Shown: positions 1 through 11,184, counted from the first letter of the stretch. The stretch: 64,000 bases of DNA from Patescibacteria group bacterium (GCA_038206135.1 JBBRBD010000001.1:65919-129918), one strand, 5' to 3'. Program-made: numbers and translations. The notes: generated by a model not told the origin, from the sequence alone.

Positions 1-2505
1 CTTTTAGTACTCAGTAAATTACTGGGCAATTTAAGCTATATATTTAGGCTTAAGCATGGAACATTTTATAATTCAACCCTACTGTGGACAAGCATTAGTA
101 ACTTTGTTATTTCGAACGTACTTGAGTTTGTTACTATTGGTTCGGTCCTGTGGATTGCTTTTAAAAATATTAAAGTGAAGACTGTTCGATACTTTGTTCT
201 TCTTTTTATAATAGCGCTATTTTTAATTAAAGGAAGTGAATTGCCCTTCGGCGAAATATTCTTGTTTCTATTCAAGCGTGTGAGTTTTCTACAGGTTTTT
301 CGGAATCCATATGAAAAATTTGGATTTCTACTCCCAATAGCAATTACACCGATATTCGTATTTTCACTCAGTAAATTAAGTAAATTTATCAGAATAGTAA
401 TCTATTTTACGGTGTTTCTTCTTTGGGGTTTTTCATTTTGGTCAGGCTTAGTTTTTACTGCTGAAAAGACAAATGAAATAGGTACTCGCTCATATACTGT
501 TACTCCACCAAATGAATATTCAGATGCAAATAACTTTTTTAAAAAACAAGGTGACTATCGCTTTATATCGTTACCTATTAAAGATGAAGGTATTACATAC
601 AATTGGGGTTATTCCGGTGTTGAGCTTTCTGGTATTTTATTTTCGAATGCAAATATATCATTTAATACTACTATTCCTTTTTACAACACTTATGTAACTA
701 AGCTAGTAAATATGCAAAACTCTGATAAATTTTTAGATTATTTACCCTATCTTGGAATTAAATACATTCTCTTAAGAACTGATATCGATTATAAAGCTTC
801 AAGTATGGCCAATCCACAAACAATTCAAGAAAGACTTAGTCAATGGGAATCAGAAGGTTTAGTAAAGTTAGTCTTTTCTGAAGGAGTACTAAAGATATAT
901 GAACTATCTGATGAATATGTGTGGCCAAAAATTTACTCTACAACCAATGTTATCCAAAGTGATTCTTTTCCTTCAGAGCTGTCAGCGAGCGTATACGATC
1001 TTACTAAACATAAGAATGTAATCATTAATACACAGGATAAAAGTATCACTACCTCAAATTTAACTTTGGTGGAACCAGTTAACACCTATATTTACAAAAC
1101 AGCTACAACACCTATAGATAAGCTTTCGAATGAAGATATACTCTCAAAACTCTTTACTGCAAAATATTTGCCAAATCAATTACAATATTATTTTGCTCGT
1201 GTGAAAGAATTTTTTACAGAAAACTCAAATCAAGATTATGAAGGAAAACTTCTCTATAAAACCGGAGTATTGGGTAAAAGGGCTGCCGAGATCTATAAGG
1301 CTTACAAAGAAAAAAAAGGACAGTGGGTTCAAAATGTATTACTTTCAGAATATAAGAAGGAATTTTATGCATTGGATGTTCTGTTTTTTGACATTTCCAA
1401 TTCGAATAGTCCTGCCGGCGAAGTAGTTCGAAATTCGCTTGCATATCAGTACACTCTCCTAAAAAGAACAAATAAAGATATCGTCGTTGATTTAGAAGAT
1501 AGTCTAATTAAATATGGAATACTAGCTGAACATACACTACCAGGTACCGAACATTATGTAATTTATATATTCAAGATAAATAAAGAAGGAAATTATAAAA
1601 TAAATAATGATACTAGCGAAGTATATATTGATGGAAATTATACAAAGACAAAAAATGGAATGTTATTTCTCACTTCTGGACGCCACGAAATTGCAGTTAA
1701 AATAATTGACGATAAAATATATAATAAACTTATAGCACTAGATAATTTATCATTAGGTAATAATGATATTTTTACAAAAACATTTACACTTCCAGATACA
1801 TCAATAGATATAGCACTTCACTTTGACTTTAAATTTGATTTTGGGGATAGGTTTCAGTTATCGATGGTGCAAGACATTGACACGAGTAAAAATCCTCTTC
1901 TAGGGACGTTAGTTTTAAAAGATAATAATTGGCACACATGGAGAAGTTGGGACACAAAGTCAAGAACCATACCAGGTGCTAAGTCTATTCAAATTAAAAT
2001 TTCTCCATATATCCAACAATGTACACAGATATTAAAGTTTTTATGCACAAATACTGATAGTGGAAAATATCAGGTAGAACTTCGTAACTTGAGTATAACG
2101 CAGAAAACACTCCCGACACTAAGTCTCAGTTTACAGTCAGGTACTCCTGTTGATGATACACAAGATATAACTATATGGAATAAAACGAGTCCTGTTAATT
2201 ATGAGGTTTCAATTAATACTCATACTCTAAATAATTACTTAGTGTTTAGCGAGCTCTATGATTCAGGTTGGAAAGCTTATTACGAGGATACTGGACAAGA
2301 ATTATCAATGCACTACTTATCTAACGGATATTCTAATACTTGGTCACTAAATAGAATAGGTGAGTATAAAGTTATAATAAAATATCTTCCAGAAACTGAC
2401 TTACAGAATGGAATTCGAATATCTTTCATCGCACTAGTATCTGTTTTGATTGTAGAATTATTTATATTAATAAGAAATAAAAAGTATGAAAATCAAATTA
2501 ACTAA
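1..2505 (+). CDS. Large multi-TM GT-C / YfhO- or AftD-like membrane protein, 5'-truncated by the window edge
   Basis: Frame is open from base 1; TM segments with FRNPYEKF motif, large soluble region, C-terminal LVFSELYDSGW...NGYSNTW plus terminal TM resembling YfhO-like C-termini. Confidence 0.6.
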   Translation, partial: LLVLSKLLGNLSYIFRLKHGTFYNSTLLWTSISNFVISNVLEFVTIGSVLWIAFKNIKVKTVRYFVLLFIIALFLIKGSELPFGEIFLFLFKRVSFLQVFRNPYEKFGFLLPIAITPIFVFSLSKLSKFIRIVIYFTVFLLWGFSFWSGLVFTAEKTNEIGTRSYTVTPPNEYSDANNFFKKQGDYRFISLPIKDEGITYNWGYSGVELSGILFSNANISFNTTIPFYNTYVTKLVNMQNSDKFLDYLPYLGIKYILLRTDIDYKASSMANPQTIQERLSQWESEGLVKLVFSEGVLKIYELSDEYVWPKIYSTTNVIQSDSFPSELSASVYDLTKHKNVIINTQDKSITTSNLTLVEPVNTYIYKTATTPIDKLSNEDILSKLFTAKYLPNQLQYYFARVKEFFTENSNQDYEGKLLYKTGVLGKRAAEIYKAYKEKKGQWVQNVLLSEYKKEFYALDVLFFDISNSNSPAGEVVRNSLAYQYTLLKRTNKDIVVDLEDSLIKYGILAEHTLPGTEHYVIYIFKINKEGNYKINNDTSEVYIDGNYTKTKNGMLFLTSGRHEIAVKIIDDKIYNKLIALDNLSLGNNDIFTKTFTLPDTSIDIALHFDFKFDFGDRFQLSMVQDIDTSKNPLLGTLVLKDNNWHTWRSWDTKSRTIPGAKSIQIKISPYIQQCTQILKFLCTNTDSGKYQVELRNLSITQKTLPTLSLSLQSGTPVDDTQDITIWNKTSPVNYEVSINTHTLNNYLVFSELYDSGWKAYYEDTGQELSMHYLSNGYSNTWSLNRIGEYKVIIKYLPETDLQNGIRISFIALVSVLIVELFILIRNKKYENQIN

Positions 2506-2833
2506 AATCTTGACTATTTTTATTACAGTAATAATTTCGATTCTCGTTATCATGCAATTTTGGTTTTCTATTAAAAATGTAGACATTTCATTTGTGAGCT
2601 TTATTTATTGGTTAGTACTATTGCAAATTATACTTTTGAGTAAATATTACAAATTGTCGACAGAAACGCTTGTCAAAACAGGTTTTATTTTTTTGGGAAT
2701 ATCCACATTTCTCTTTACGATTAATATTTTTTATTTCAGTGAAACATGCATGAGATTAACTTTTATATTATGGACAATATCAATTTTCAAGTACTTATAT
2801 AAATACGATTTTACAAAATTCAAAAATCAATGA
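2486..2833 (+). CDS. Small multi-TM hypothetical membrane protein
   Basis: 115 aa, about 4 hydrophobic segments, overlaps the upstream gene. Confidence 0.6.
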   Translation: MKIKLTKILTIFITVIISILVIMQFWFSIKNVDISFVSFIYWLVLLQIILLSKYYKLSTETLVKTGFIFLGISTFLFTINIFYFSETCMRLTFILWTISIFKYLYKYDFTKFKNQ

Positions 2834-3009
2834 AGCAACTAAAATATATTATAAATTTGAGCAAATATCTGATATACACACTTATTCTTTTTGCAACAAT
2901 AGGCTTTCTCTTCGGCAGATACGCAAAGGGTTTAAATTTTTTAAACTATATCTATTATTTAATTGTATTTACATTTATTCTTCTATTCATCAAAGAGCGA
3001 AAACGATGA
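2830..3009 (+). CDS. 59-aa two-TM membrane protein (not in ORF track)
   Basis: Manual translation MKQLKYIINLSKYLIYTLILFATIGFLFGRYAKGLNFLNYIYYLIVFTFILLFIKERKR*; ATGA overlaps with both neighbours. Confidence 0.65.
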   Translation: MKQLKYIINLSKYLIYTLILFATIGFLFGRYAKGLNFLNYIYYLIVFTFILLFIKERKR

Positions 3010-5696
3010 ATAAATTAAAGTGGTTTCTATGCATTTTACTTTTAATTGTAGTTTACGTTCCATTAATAATTTCGGGAGTTAGAGCAGCACCAGATTTTCC
3101 TCAAGCATCACAGTCAGTTGTTAGTCTTGGTTTTAATCTACCGCAAACATGGACAACACGAGTAGGAAATGGATTGGGTGAAAATGCGACGTTCGCATTG
3201 TGGTCATATCCCATCGACTTTTTATTCGGCTTAGGATCAAAAATAGGATTGAGTTTTAGCTTGCTAACACGATTAATTCTCATATTACCGTCGATCACTA
3301 TTGGATATTATTCTATTAAGAAATTGTTGAGTAATTTAGGTTTTTCTTCAAACGAGCAAATACTCGGCATTTGTATCTATTTACTTAACACTTATTTTAT
3401 TTTACTGATAGATGGCGGACAGCTATCAGTGGCTTTGGCCTATGCTATAGTACCGCTTGCATATATTTCTTTTCAAGAAGCTATTAGCGGCTCGTTAAAG
3501 CATAAATTTATAGCTGCTCTTGTGATGTCTATTCTTACATTCGTAGATTTGCGCTTTTTTTATATGCTGTGCATAATATTAGCCTTGAAATTTATTTTTG
3601 AATTTTCTCTTTTAGAGAAGAACTATCTGAAACGGTTTGCATCATGGATATTAACGGGTATCGTTGTTTCAATTTTTTGTATTACTCTGAATTTGTTTTG
3701 GATATTGCCTCTTGCTAAGGTGGGGCTGTCAGGAGCTCCAAATAATTTACTCAATTCTAATCAAGTATCTTTTTTGAATTTTACAAACCTCTATAACGCT
3801 TTAATGCTACAACAACCAAACTGGCCATTAAACGCATTTGGGCAAATTTCACCGCCAATTTGGTACTTTTCAGGTTTTCTGTTATTTGTAATAGTTGCTA
3901 TTTTTAGTAAAAAACTAAAACGTGAACATTTATTTTTTGTTTTGTTACTTATTGTAGGATGCTTTTTAGCTAAAGGTAATAATCCACCTTTCGGAATGAT
4001 TTACATTTTTTTATTTAATCACCTTCCAGGATTCATTCTTTTTAGGGATTCTAGTAAATTCTTTTTGTTTGTAGCTCTGGCGATGAGCGTGTTAATCCCA
4101 ATATCAGTTGGATCAAAAAAAATTATTTATATTGGATTTGTAATATATTTAGCTTTAACTATATCTCCAATCTGGCGAAGTAAGATGACTGGTATGTTTG
4201 CAGATCAGCCAAACCAAAACGTTTATGACGAAATCTCTCAAAACATTAAAAAAGATAATAGTTTTGGAAGAATACTGTGGCTTCCATCAAGACCGCCACT
4301 TGGTTATAGCTCGACCACACACCCGAATTTAGAAGGACTTGTATTAGCAGGAGAACACCCATTTGATACTGCGAACGTAGGTTCATATGAAAGATTCAAC
4401 TTTTTGAGAGACTCAAACTATGCAACGGATCTACTCGAAATTGCTGGAGTTTCCTATGTAGGGTATCCATACCCAGATATTAGGAAGCAGAAGATTTCAA
4501 CAGAAGAAGATCAATATTATAAAACATTTTCTGCTCAACTTTTGAAGAAAGATTGGGTACAAAGTTCTATCACGATACCAGTATTGAATATGTATAAAAC
4601 AAAAATTGCGTCAAATCTTTTTTCTACATCTGATCGGCTTTGGTGGGTAATTGGTGGTTCAAGAATCTTTGATGCGTATAAAAGTATTCCAGACGCCACA
4701 CTTATAAGTAATCCAACTATCTTTACTGAGGAGACGCCGGGAATAATGACTAGGTTCAGTGATGAAAATTTTGGGAAAATATTACTTTATAAACGAAATA
4801 CTACTGACTTGTTAGCTTCATTCTTTGTGAAAAATGATTATACCGATTTAAACAATAGTTTAAAAATTGTTTCTGGAAATTCTATTTGGAAGGTTAATAC
4901 TAATGATAGTCTCTCCTGGAGGGAATTTTTACAGAACAAATATAAATTAGATAATACCGACTTTGCTTCCCAAGCGTTTGTTTCAGAAAATAGTAGTGAA
5001 TTAAGACTAAATGTTCCCAAAAGTGACAACCAAATACTATTACTTAGACTGCTAGTTAGTAGTAAAGGTGGATTGGTAAACATATTTAACGGAGATACCT
5101 TAATCTCAAAAATAAACACTCTACAGTTAAAACCGGAAAAGGTTTTATGGGGAATTCCCGGAAGCAGGGAAGGCGTACAAGAATACGATGATGCAGAGTT
5201 CCACTGGTTTGAAATCTCACTTCCAGATGTGGAATTTGTTACTTTGAAAACAGAAGGACAACTAAATACTGTATCTGGAGCAATTATTACCGACAAAGAC
5301 AAGCTTGATACAATTAAGATAAATACTGAGTTGATGGATAAAAATGGATTCATCATAGATTGGGAAAAACTTAATTCGAATCAAAAAATGCAACTTTTTG
5401 GTCATATAACAAATACAGTTTTAACTTATGAACAGCACTCAGCCACCCATTACAATGTTAATCTCGGAAATACCTCAGGATCACGATTAGTTCTTTTTTC
5501 ACAAACTTACGACAAAAATTGGCAACTAGGGAAAAGTAATGCTCTGCCGTTGTATTCATTAACTAGTGGCTTTGTTGTTCATGATGGAGGTAATAAAAGT
5601 CTTTCTTACACATTGCAATCTACAATTTCGCTTCACATTCTGATTTTTGAAGCTATACTGTTTATAATACTTATCTTACTTTCTCTCTTTCTTTAA
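3006..5696 (+). CDS. Large multi-TM GT-C / YfhO- or AftD-like membrane protein
   Basis: About 11 N-terminal TMs, FRDSSKF motif, C-terminal VLFSQTYDKNW; same architecture as the first ORF. Confidence 0.6.
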   Translation: MNKLKWFLCILLLIVVYVPLIISGVRAAPDFPQASQSVVSLGFNLPQTWTTRVGNGLGENATFALWSYPIDFLFGLGSKIGLSFSLLTRLILILPSITIGYYSIKKLLSNLGFSSNEQILGICIYLLNTYFILLIDGGQLSVALAYAIVPLAYISFQEAISGSLKHKFIAALVMSILTFVDLRFFYMLCIILALKFIFEFSLLEKNYLKRFASWILTGIVVSIFCITLNLFWILPLAKVGLSGAPNNLLNSNQVSFLNFTNLYNALMLQQPNWPLNAFGQISPPIWYFSGFLLFVIVAIFSKKLKREHLFFVLLLIVGCFLAKGNNPPFGMIYIFLFNHLPGFILFRDSSKFFLFVALAMSVLIPISVGSKKIIYIGFVIYLALTISPIWRSKMTGMFADQPNQNVYDEISQNIKKDNSFGRILWLPSRPPLGYSSTTHPNLEGLVLAGEHPFDTANVGSYERFNFLRDSNYATDLLEIAGVSYVGYPYPDIRKQKISTEEDQYYKTFSAQLLKKDWVQSSITIPVLNMYKTKIASNLFSTSDRLWWVIGGSRIFDAYKSIPDATLISNPTIFTEETPGIMTRFSDENFGKILLYKRNTTDLLASFFVKNDYTDLNNSLKIVSGNSIWKVNTNDSLSWREFLQNKYKLDNTDFASQAFVSENSSELRLNVPKSDNQILLLRLLVSSKGGLVNIFNGDTLISKINTLQLKPEKVLWGIPGSREGVQEYDDAEFHWFEISLPDVEFVTLKTEGQLNTVSGAIITDKDKLDTIKINTELMDKNGFIIDWEKLNSNQKMQLFGHITNTVLTYEQHSATHYNVNLGNTSGSRLVLFSQTYDKNWQLGKSNALPLYSLTSGFVVHDGGNKSLSYTLQSTISLHILIFEAILFIILILLSLFL

Positions 5697-5761
5697 CAAA
5701 TGAGTAGCTTTATAAAAATTGGCAAGAATACACTGATGTTCGTCGAAATCAAACTTCTAAA

Positions 5762-6562
5762 ATGAGTATCTCTGCCCAAGTTTTAGTCGAAAATGAGGAG
5801 AATTTTGTTTGGTTTTCTGTGATGAGTGTAATAGATTTTGTTGATGAAGTGATTCTTTATGATGCGGGTTCTGTTGATATGACATCAACGATATTAACTG
5901 AAATAAAAAAAAGATACCCACAAAAAGTAATTTATAAAACTGTAGGAAAATTGTCACCCCAAGAATATCCAAAAATGAGGAATGAAATGTTAAAAAGCAC
6001 CAAATGTGATTGGATCTTAATTGTTGATGGTGATGAAGTATGGTGGCAGTCCTCTATTTCTGAGCTGAGTGTAGCGATAAGAAACAATGGTGATCAGCTT
6101 GATAGTATAGTAACCCCTTTTTCTGTTTGTATTGGTGATTTATATCACCTACAAAATGAGAAAGCTGGGAAATATCAGATTGACAATATAAAAGGAAATT
6201 TGACGATACATGCGATAAATAGACATCTATCCAATTTGCATGTAGAGCGTGAGTATGGGAATGAAGGATATTTTGTTGGTAACACATTGGTCCAAAATTT
6301 ACCTCCAAAAAAAAGACTTCATTTTGCTAAATCATCTTTTTTACATTTAACCCATTTAGAAAGAACAAAAGCACATTCGCTGAAAGTTAAAAGGGATATT
6401 GGACACTTAGTGAATTCAGATTTTTACTATCCTGAGGTTTTTTTTAAAGAAACGCCGAGCTTTGTTCCGAATCCCTGGCGCGTACCATCATTGAAAAATA
6501 AGGCTTTGAACGTTATGCTAGGAAAGTCACGTGAGATAAAGCGAACAATTAACCGTAACTGA
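5762..6562 (+). CDS. Glycosyltransferase family 2
   Basis: NEE...YDAGSVD and DGDE motifs. Confidence 0.85.
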   Translation: MSISAQVLVENEENFVWFSVMSVIDFVDEVILYDAGSVDMTSTILTEIKKRYPQKVIYKTVGKLSPQEYPKMRNEMLKSTKCDWILIVDGDEVWWQSSISELSVAIRNNGDQLDSIVTPFSVCIGDLYHLQNEKAGKYQIDNIKGNLTIHAINRHLSNLHVEREYGNEGYFVGNTLVQNLPPKKRLHFAKSSFLHLTHLERTKAHSLKVKRDIGHLVNSDFYYPEVFFKETPSFVPNPWRVPSLKNKALNVMLGKSREIKRTINRN

Positions 6563-6568
6563 CAAACA

Positions 6569-7261
6569 ATGATGGATAAAGTAGGAGCTGAAACATTGAA
6601 AAGGATGGATACCGCTCGTTTTTATAACGACGTAATTTTTCATCGAGCGGAAAAACTGCTTAAAGGTGACATTTTGGAGGTTGGCTGTGGTATTGGTTCA
6701 TTTACTAAGAAACTTGCAACGAAAGGGAATGTAACTTCGATAGATATTGAACGTCTTTACATTAATAAAACGAAGAAAGCATTAAGAGACAATGCTAGTG
6801 TTGGATATGGTGACATTGAAAAAGGTGTTTATTTTTTTGATAATAATAAAAAATTCGATTCAATTGTATGTTTGAATGTTTTAGAACACATTAAAAATGA
6901 TGATAAGGCATTATTAAACATGTATTCACTCCTTAAAAAAGGTGGTAATATATTTCTTCTCACGCCAGCCCACCCATTTTTTTATGGATCACTAGATAAA
7001 AATTTGGGACATGAACGAAGATACAAAATTCAACATCTAGTAAAGCTTTTTGTAAAGTCACACTTTAAAATTCAGAGATCGTATTACTTTAATCTATTAG
7101 GAGGATTAGGGTGGTTTATTAATTCACGTATTTTTAAAAGACAAATTATTCCTTCAAACCAATTATGGGCTTTTGTCCTATTTTCCCGTATACCACTTTT
7201 CCTTGAGAACTTTTTTGTACCGCCTTTTGGACTCTCCTGTATTGTAATTGCTTCTAAATGA
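6569..7261 (+). CDS. Class I SAM-dependent methyltransferase
   Basis: ILEVGCGIG motif I, NVLEHI. Confidence 0.9.
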   Translation: MMDKVGAETLKRMDTARFYNDVIFHRAEKLLKGDILEVGCGIGSFTKKLATKGNVTSIDIERLYINKTKKALRDNASVGYGDIEKGVYFFDNNKKFDSIVCLNVLEHIKNDDKALLNMYSLLKKGGNIFLLTPAHPFFYGSLDKNLGHERRYKIQHLVKLFVKSHFKIQRSYYFNLLGGLGWFINSRIFKRQIIPSNQLWAFVLFSRIPLFLENFFVPPFGLSCIVIASK

Positions 7262-7971
7262 TACTATCTATCCTAATTCCTGTTTTTAATGAAGAAAAAA
7301 CAATCCTCGAATTGGTCCGACAAGTCCAACAGGTTAAACTCCCTAAAAAGTACTCTAAAGAGATTGTAATTGTAGATGATGGCTCTACAGATTTAACATG
7401 GTCAAAGTTGTCTTTTTTTAAGAGTAATAAAAAAATAAGAGTATATCGTCATGAAAAAAATAGAGGAAAAGGTGCTGCAATTCGTACTGCTTTAAAACAT
7501 TCAGTAGGAGAAATAATTTTAGTACAAGATGCGGATCTTGAGTACGACCCACAACAATACATAAAACTGTTAAAACCTATGGATAATAAAAAGGTATTAG
7601 TTGTGTATGGAACTCGACTAAAGTCATATCCGGTAAGTTTATTCGGTCCAAAACGAACGCCCTTGGTTACCCATTATTTTGGGAATAAACTTCTGACTAG
7701 TATTACAAACCTACTATATGGAGTTCATTTAACTGATATGGAAACATGTTACAAGCTAATACGAAAATCTGTGTTTGATAAAATTTCGATTGAATCAAAT
7801 CGATTTGAATTTGAGCCAGAAATCACAGCAAAAATTTTAAAAAGAGGAATTAAAATATATGAAATACCAATTCATGTCAATCCTAGAGGTTATAACGAAG
7901 GTAAAAAAATTAGTTGGATTGATGGGATCGCAGCTCTTAAAACACTTTTACGTTATCGCTTCTTCAGTTAA
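7258..7971 (+). CDS. GT2, polyprenol-phosphate glycosyltransferase (DPM-synthase-like)
   Basis: PVFNEE, DDGSTD, GKGAA, QDADLEY, DMETCYK, FEPEITAK, EGKKI. Confidence 0.9.
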   Translation: MILSILIPVFNEEKTILELVRQVQQVKLPKKYSKEIVIVDDGSTDLTWSKLSFFKSNKKIRVYRHEKNRGKGAAIRTALKHSVGEIILVQDADLEYDPQQYIKLLKPMDNKKVLVVYGTRLKSYPVSLFGPKRTPLVTHYFGNKLLTSITNLLYGVHLTDMETCYKLIRKSVFDKISIESNRFEFEPEITAKILKRGIKIYEIPIHVNPRGYNEGKKISWIDGIAALKTLLRYRFFS

Positions 7972-7992
7972 TTTCTTTGATATAATCCAATA

Positions 7993-9015
7993 ATGAAGGT
8001 TCTTATTCTTTCTTATTATTCTGGGTATGTGGAACGAGGTGTTGAAGTTTGGGCTGAATCTTTGAAGCGATCGTTAAAGGATGAGTGTAATATTATAATT
8101 CTTGGATCGAAAAAAAATCCAAATAATGACACTGGTACAAGGAATAGTCTACTTAGCACCTTTTTTTTAGATTCAGTAAGCTTGTCAATTGCAGCATTCA
8201 CTTTTTTGAATTTATATAAAGTTATAACGGGGAATTTTGATATTGTAATACCTACAAATGGCGGCTGGCAGACATTTATTATTCGAGTTGTAACCTTTCT
8301 AACTGCAAAGAAAATGGTAATTGTTGGTCATTCTGGTATCGGTCGTGATGACAAATGGAATTGCTATTGTTTTCCAGACTGTTTTGTCAGCCTATCTACA
8401 GAAGCTAAAAATTGGGCACATAAAGTAAATCCGCTTATCAATACCCAGTACATCCCAAATGGCGTTCACATAGATGAATTTAGCCCAGTAGGTAAGAAAG
8501 AAAACATTACACTTCAAAAGCCGATATATCTCTTTGTAGGCGCATTAGAAAGAAGTAAGAGACCTGCATTGGCAATCGAAGCAGTTTCTCGTTTAGAGCG
8601 AGGTTCCCTTCTAATCCTCGGTGAGGGCAAGTTAAATACTGATATTCTTGAACTTGGAAGCACACTACTAGGATCACGTTTCCTTATGACAAAAGTTAGA
8701 CATGAGGACATTGCAGCATTTTATAGAGCTGCTGATGTTTTTACACTTCCAACATGGGAACATGAAGCCTTTGGCATCGTATATCTTGAAGCTCTTGCAT
8801 CGGGACTTCCTGTTGTAACAACTGACGATAGTATTAAAAGAGAAATTATTGGAGACGCAGGAATATTTGTTAACCCAACGGACCTTCAAAGTTATTCTAA
8901 TGCCTTAAAACTTGCCTCAATATCAAAATGGGGAGTTAAACCAATTAACCAGGCAAAGAAATTTTCTTGGGATCTTGTGGGGAAAAAGTATTTACAACTA
9001 TTTAAATCTTTATGA
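7993..9015 (+). CDS. Glycosyltransferase family 4
   Basis: EAFGIVYLEALASGLPVV. Confidence 0.9.
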   Translation: MKVLILSYYSGYVERGVEVWAESLKRSLKDECNIIILGSKKNPNNDTGTRNSLLSTFFLDSVSLSIAAFTFLNLYKVITGNFDIVIPTNGGWQTFIIRVVTFLTAKKMVIVGHSGIGRDDKWNCYCFPDCFVSLSTEAKNWAHKVNPLINTQYIPNGVHIDEFSPVGKKENITLQKPIYLFVGALERSKRPALAIEAVSRLERGSLLILGEGKLNTDILELGSTLLGSRFLMTKVRHEDIAAFYRAADVFTLPTWEHEAFGIVYLEALASGLPVVTTDDSIKREIIGDAGIFVNPTDLQSYSNALKLASISKWGVKPINQAKKFSWDLVGKKYLQLFKSL

Positions 9016-9758
9016 ATAATTTGTCTGTAATTATTCTTACAAAAAACGAAGAAGAAACAATTGGCAGAGCAATAACTTCAGTTAGTAATATTTCAAATGA
9101 TATCGTTATCGTGGATTCAGGTAGTACAGACAAAACATTAAAAATTGCAGAACTACTTGGCGCAAAATTTTTGAACAGGAGGTTAGATGGTTTTGCATCG
9201 CAACGAAACTTCGCAAACAAAAATACTAAAAACAATTGGGTTCTTTCGATGGATTCAGATGAAGAAATTCCTATTGAACTTGCAATGGAAATTAGCGAGA
9301 CTATTAAGAATCCATCTGCTTCGGCTTTTCTCATTCCACGTAGAAATATTATCTTTGGTAAAGAAATTAAACATACTCGTTGGAGTCCAGATATGCATAT
9401 TTGGCTGTACAATAAAAATGAAGGAACGTGGAGTGGTGATGTTCATGAAGAGTGGATATGTACATCTCCTATTGGAGTACTTAACAATGCGAAGATTCAT
9501 CATTCTTATAAAACAGTCACTGGTTTTGTGGACATGATAAATAGATATACTGAAATTGAATCTGAGCGACTATTTTCAAATGGAGAGCATTTTAGTTTAT
9601 TTAGAATGTTCTATTTTTCAATTCGATCCTTTGTTGGAAGATTTATTTTCAAGTTGGGCTTTTTAGATGGTTATTATGGATTTGTACTATCAGTGCTTAT
9701 GTCATTTTATCGATTAGTAACATGGATTAAACTTTGGGAAAGAGAACAAAATGATTGA
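9012..9758 (+). CDS. Glycosyltransferase family 2 (beta-1,4-glucosyltransferase-like)
   Basis: TKNEE, DSGSTD, FASQRN, DSDEE, VHE, GFLDG. Confidence 0.9.
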   Translation: MNNLSVIILTKNEEETIGRAITSVSNISNDIVIVDSGSTDKTLKIAELLGAKFLNRRLDGFASQRNFANKNTKNNWVLSMDSDEEIPIELAMEISETIKNPSASAFLIPRRNIIFGKEIKHTRWSPDMHIWLYNKNEGTWSGDVHEEWICTSPIGVLNNAKIHHSYKTVTGFVDMINRYTEIESERLFSNGEHFSLFRMFYFSIRSFVGRFIFKLGFLDGYYGFVLSVLMSFYRLVTWIKLWEREQND

Positions 9759-11184
9759 AATCTTCATAGCAGGCCTTTTTTTACGTCTTATACGTATAAA
9801 TCAAGGTTTCTGGCTTGATGAGGCAATCGGTGCAATTGCATCGCACAACTATTCATATAAAGAAATAATTACAGTCTTCTTAACACACGATAATCATCCT
9901 CCACTATATTATTTTTTACTTAAAGCATGGGGAAATGTTTTTGGATTTGGAGATATCTCCCTTCGAATTCCCAATGTGATTATCGGATCTCTATGTATTT
10001 TTTTAGTTTACAAGCTAATAAAAAAACAAGTTCCTAAACTTGCAATTGTAGTATCAATTTTTGTAGCTACTTCGCCATTTCTTATCTACTATTCACAAGA
10101 AGTACGCATGTATATGCTTACTGTCTTCTTTTCATTAGTTGCAATATATTCATTTTTTGAAACACTTAACCCAAAATATCTCAAAAGATATTGGCTTATT
10201 TTTTCGGTCTCAATCGCAGGCTTAATGTTTACTGACTATGTTCCAGTGTTTTTGTTACCAGTATTCCCACTATTTGCCATATTTATAAAGAAACGCGATT
10301 ATTCCTGGTGGAAATACTTCTCGTTTTCGTTTCTTTTACTTATAATTCTTGGAATACTTTGGATACCAACGCTACTTATTCAAATACATGGTGGAAGCAC
10401 TGTATTAAGCGTACTACCATCGTGGAGTTCAGTAGCGGGTGGTGCAACTCTAAAACAAGCATTACTTGTATGGACGAAGTTTCTTCTTGGTCGAATTTCG
10501 ATTCAGCCGCAAAAATTATATGTATTATTGTTAGCCCTGTTTTCTGCTACTGCAATTACCGGAATGTGTCTTTCTTTCAAAAGTAATAAAGTACCATTTA
10601 TAAAATTTGTATGGTTATGGTTATTAGTACCACTTATACTTTGCTTTATTGTTTCATTTATTTTCCCTGCATTTATATACTTCAGGTTCACTTTTGTGAC
10701 TCCTGCATTTTTAATTCTTATTGCAGATGGACTTTTTAAAATTAACAGCCGGAATTTAAAATGGTTGCTAGTTTCAACAATGTTGCTTGGAAATACGATT
10801 GGATGTTTTGTTTATTTTACTCAGGTCACTCAACAACGGGAACAGTGGAGAGAGGCCGTGTCATTCGTAGAAAGTAATGCATCAAGCGGCTCTGTCTCAC
10901 TTTTTGAATTTCCAGATGCATTTGCACCATATCATTGGTATGAGCGAGGTGTTTTACCAGGGATTGGAGCATTAAGTAGCATTCATGTTCAACCAGGTGA
11001 CGATGAAAAATTAATAAAGAAACTATTAAATGTGAAAACTGTATATTATTTTAATTATTTGCAAGATTTGACCGATCCTGAAAACCTTGTAATAAAAACA
11101 CTTACATCTGATGGGTTTAAAATTAAAAAGCAGATAGGTGATTATCAGGGCGTTGGAATAATAACAATATGGCAAAAGAAATAG
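9751..11184 (+). CDS. GT-C membrane glycosyltransferase (PMT_2/ArnT-like)
   Basis: FWLDE, DNHPPLYY, YSQEVRMY; many TMs. Confidence 0.85.
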   Translation: MIEIFIAGLFLRLIRINQGFWLDEAIGAIASHNYSYKEIITVFLTHDNHPPLYYFLLKAWGNVFGFGDISLRIPNVIIGSLCIFLVYKLIKKQVPKLAIVVSIFVATSPFLIYYSQEVRMYMLTVFFSLVAIYSFFETLNPKYLKRYWLIFSVSIAGLMFTDYVPVFLLPVFPLFAIFIKKRDYSWWKYFSFSFLLLIILGILWIPTLLIQIHGGSTVLSVLPSWSSVAGGATLKQALLVWTKFLLGRISIQPQKLYVLLLALFSATAITGMCLSFKSNKVPFIKFVWLWLLVPLILCFIVSFIFPAFIYFRFTFVTPAFLILIADGLFKINSRNLKWLLVSTMLLGNTIGCFVYFTQVTQQREQWREAVSFVESNASSGSVSLFEFPDAFAPYHWYERGVLPGIGALSSIHVQPGDDEKLIKKLLNVKTVYYFNYLQDLTDPENLVIKTLTSDGFKIKKQIGDYQGVGIITIWQKK

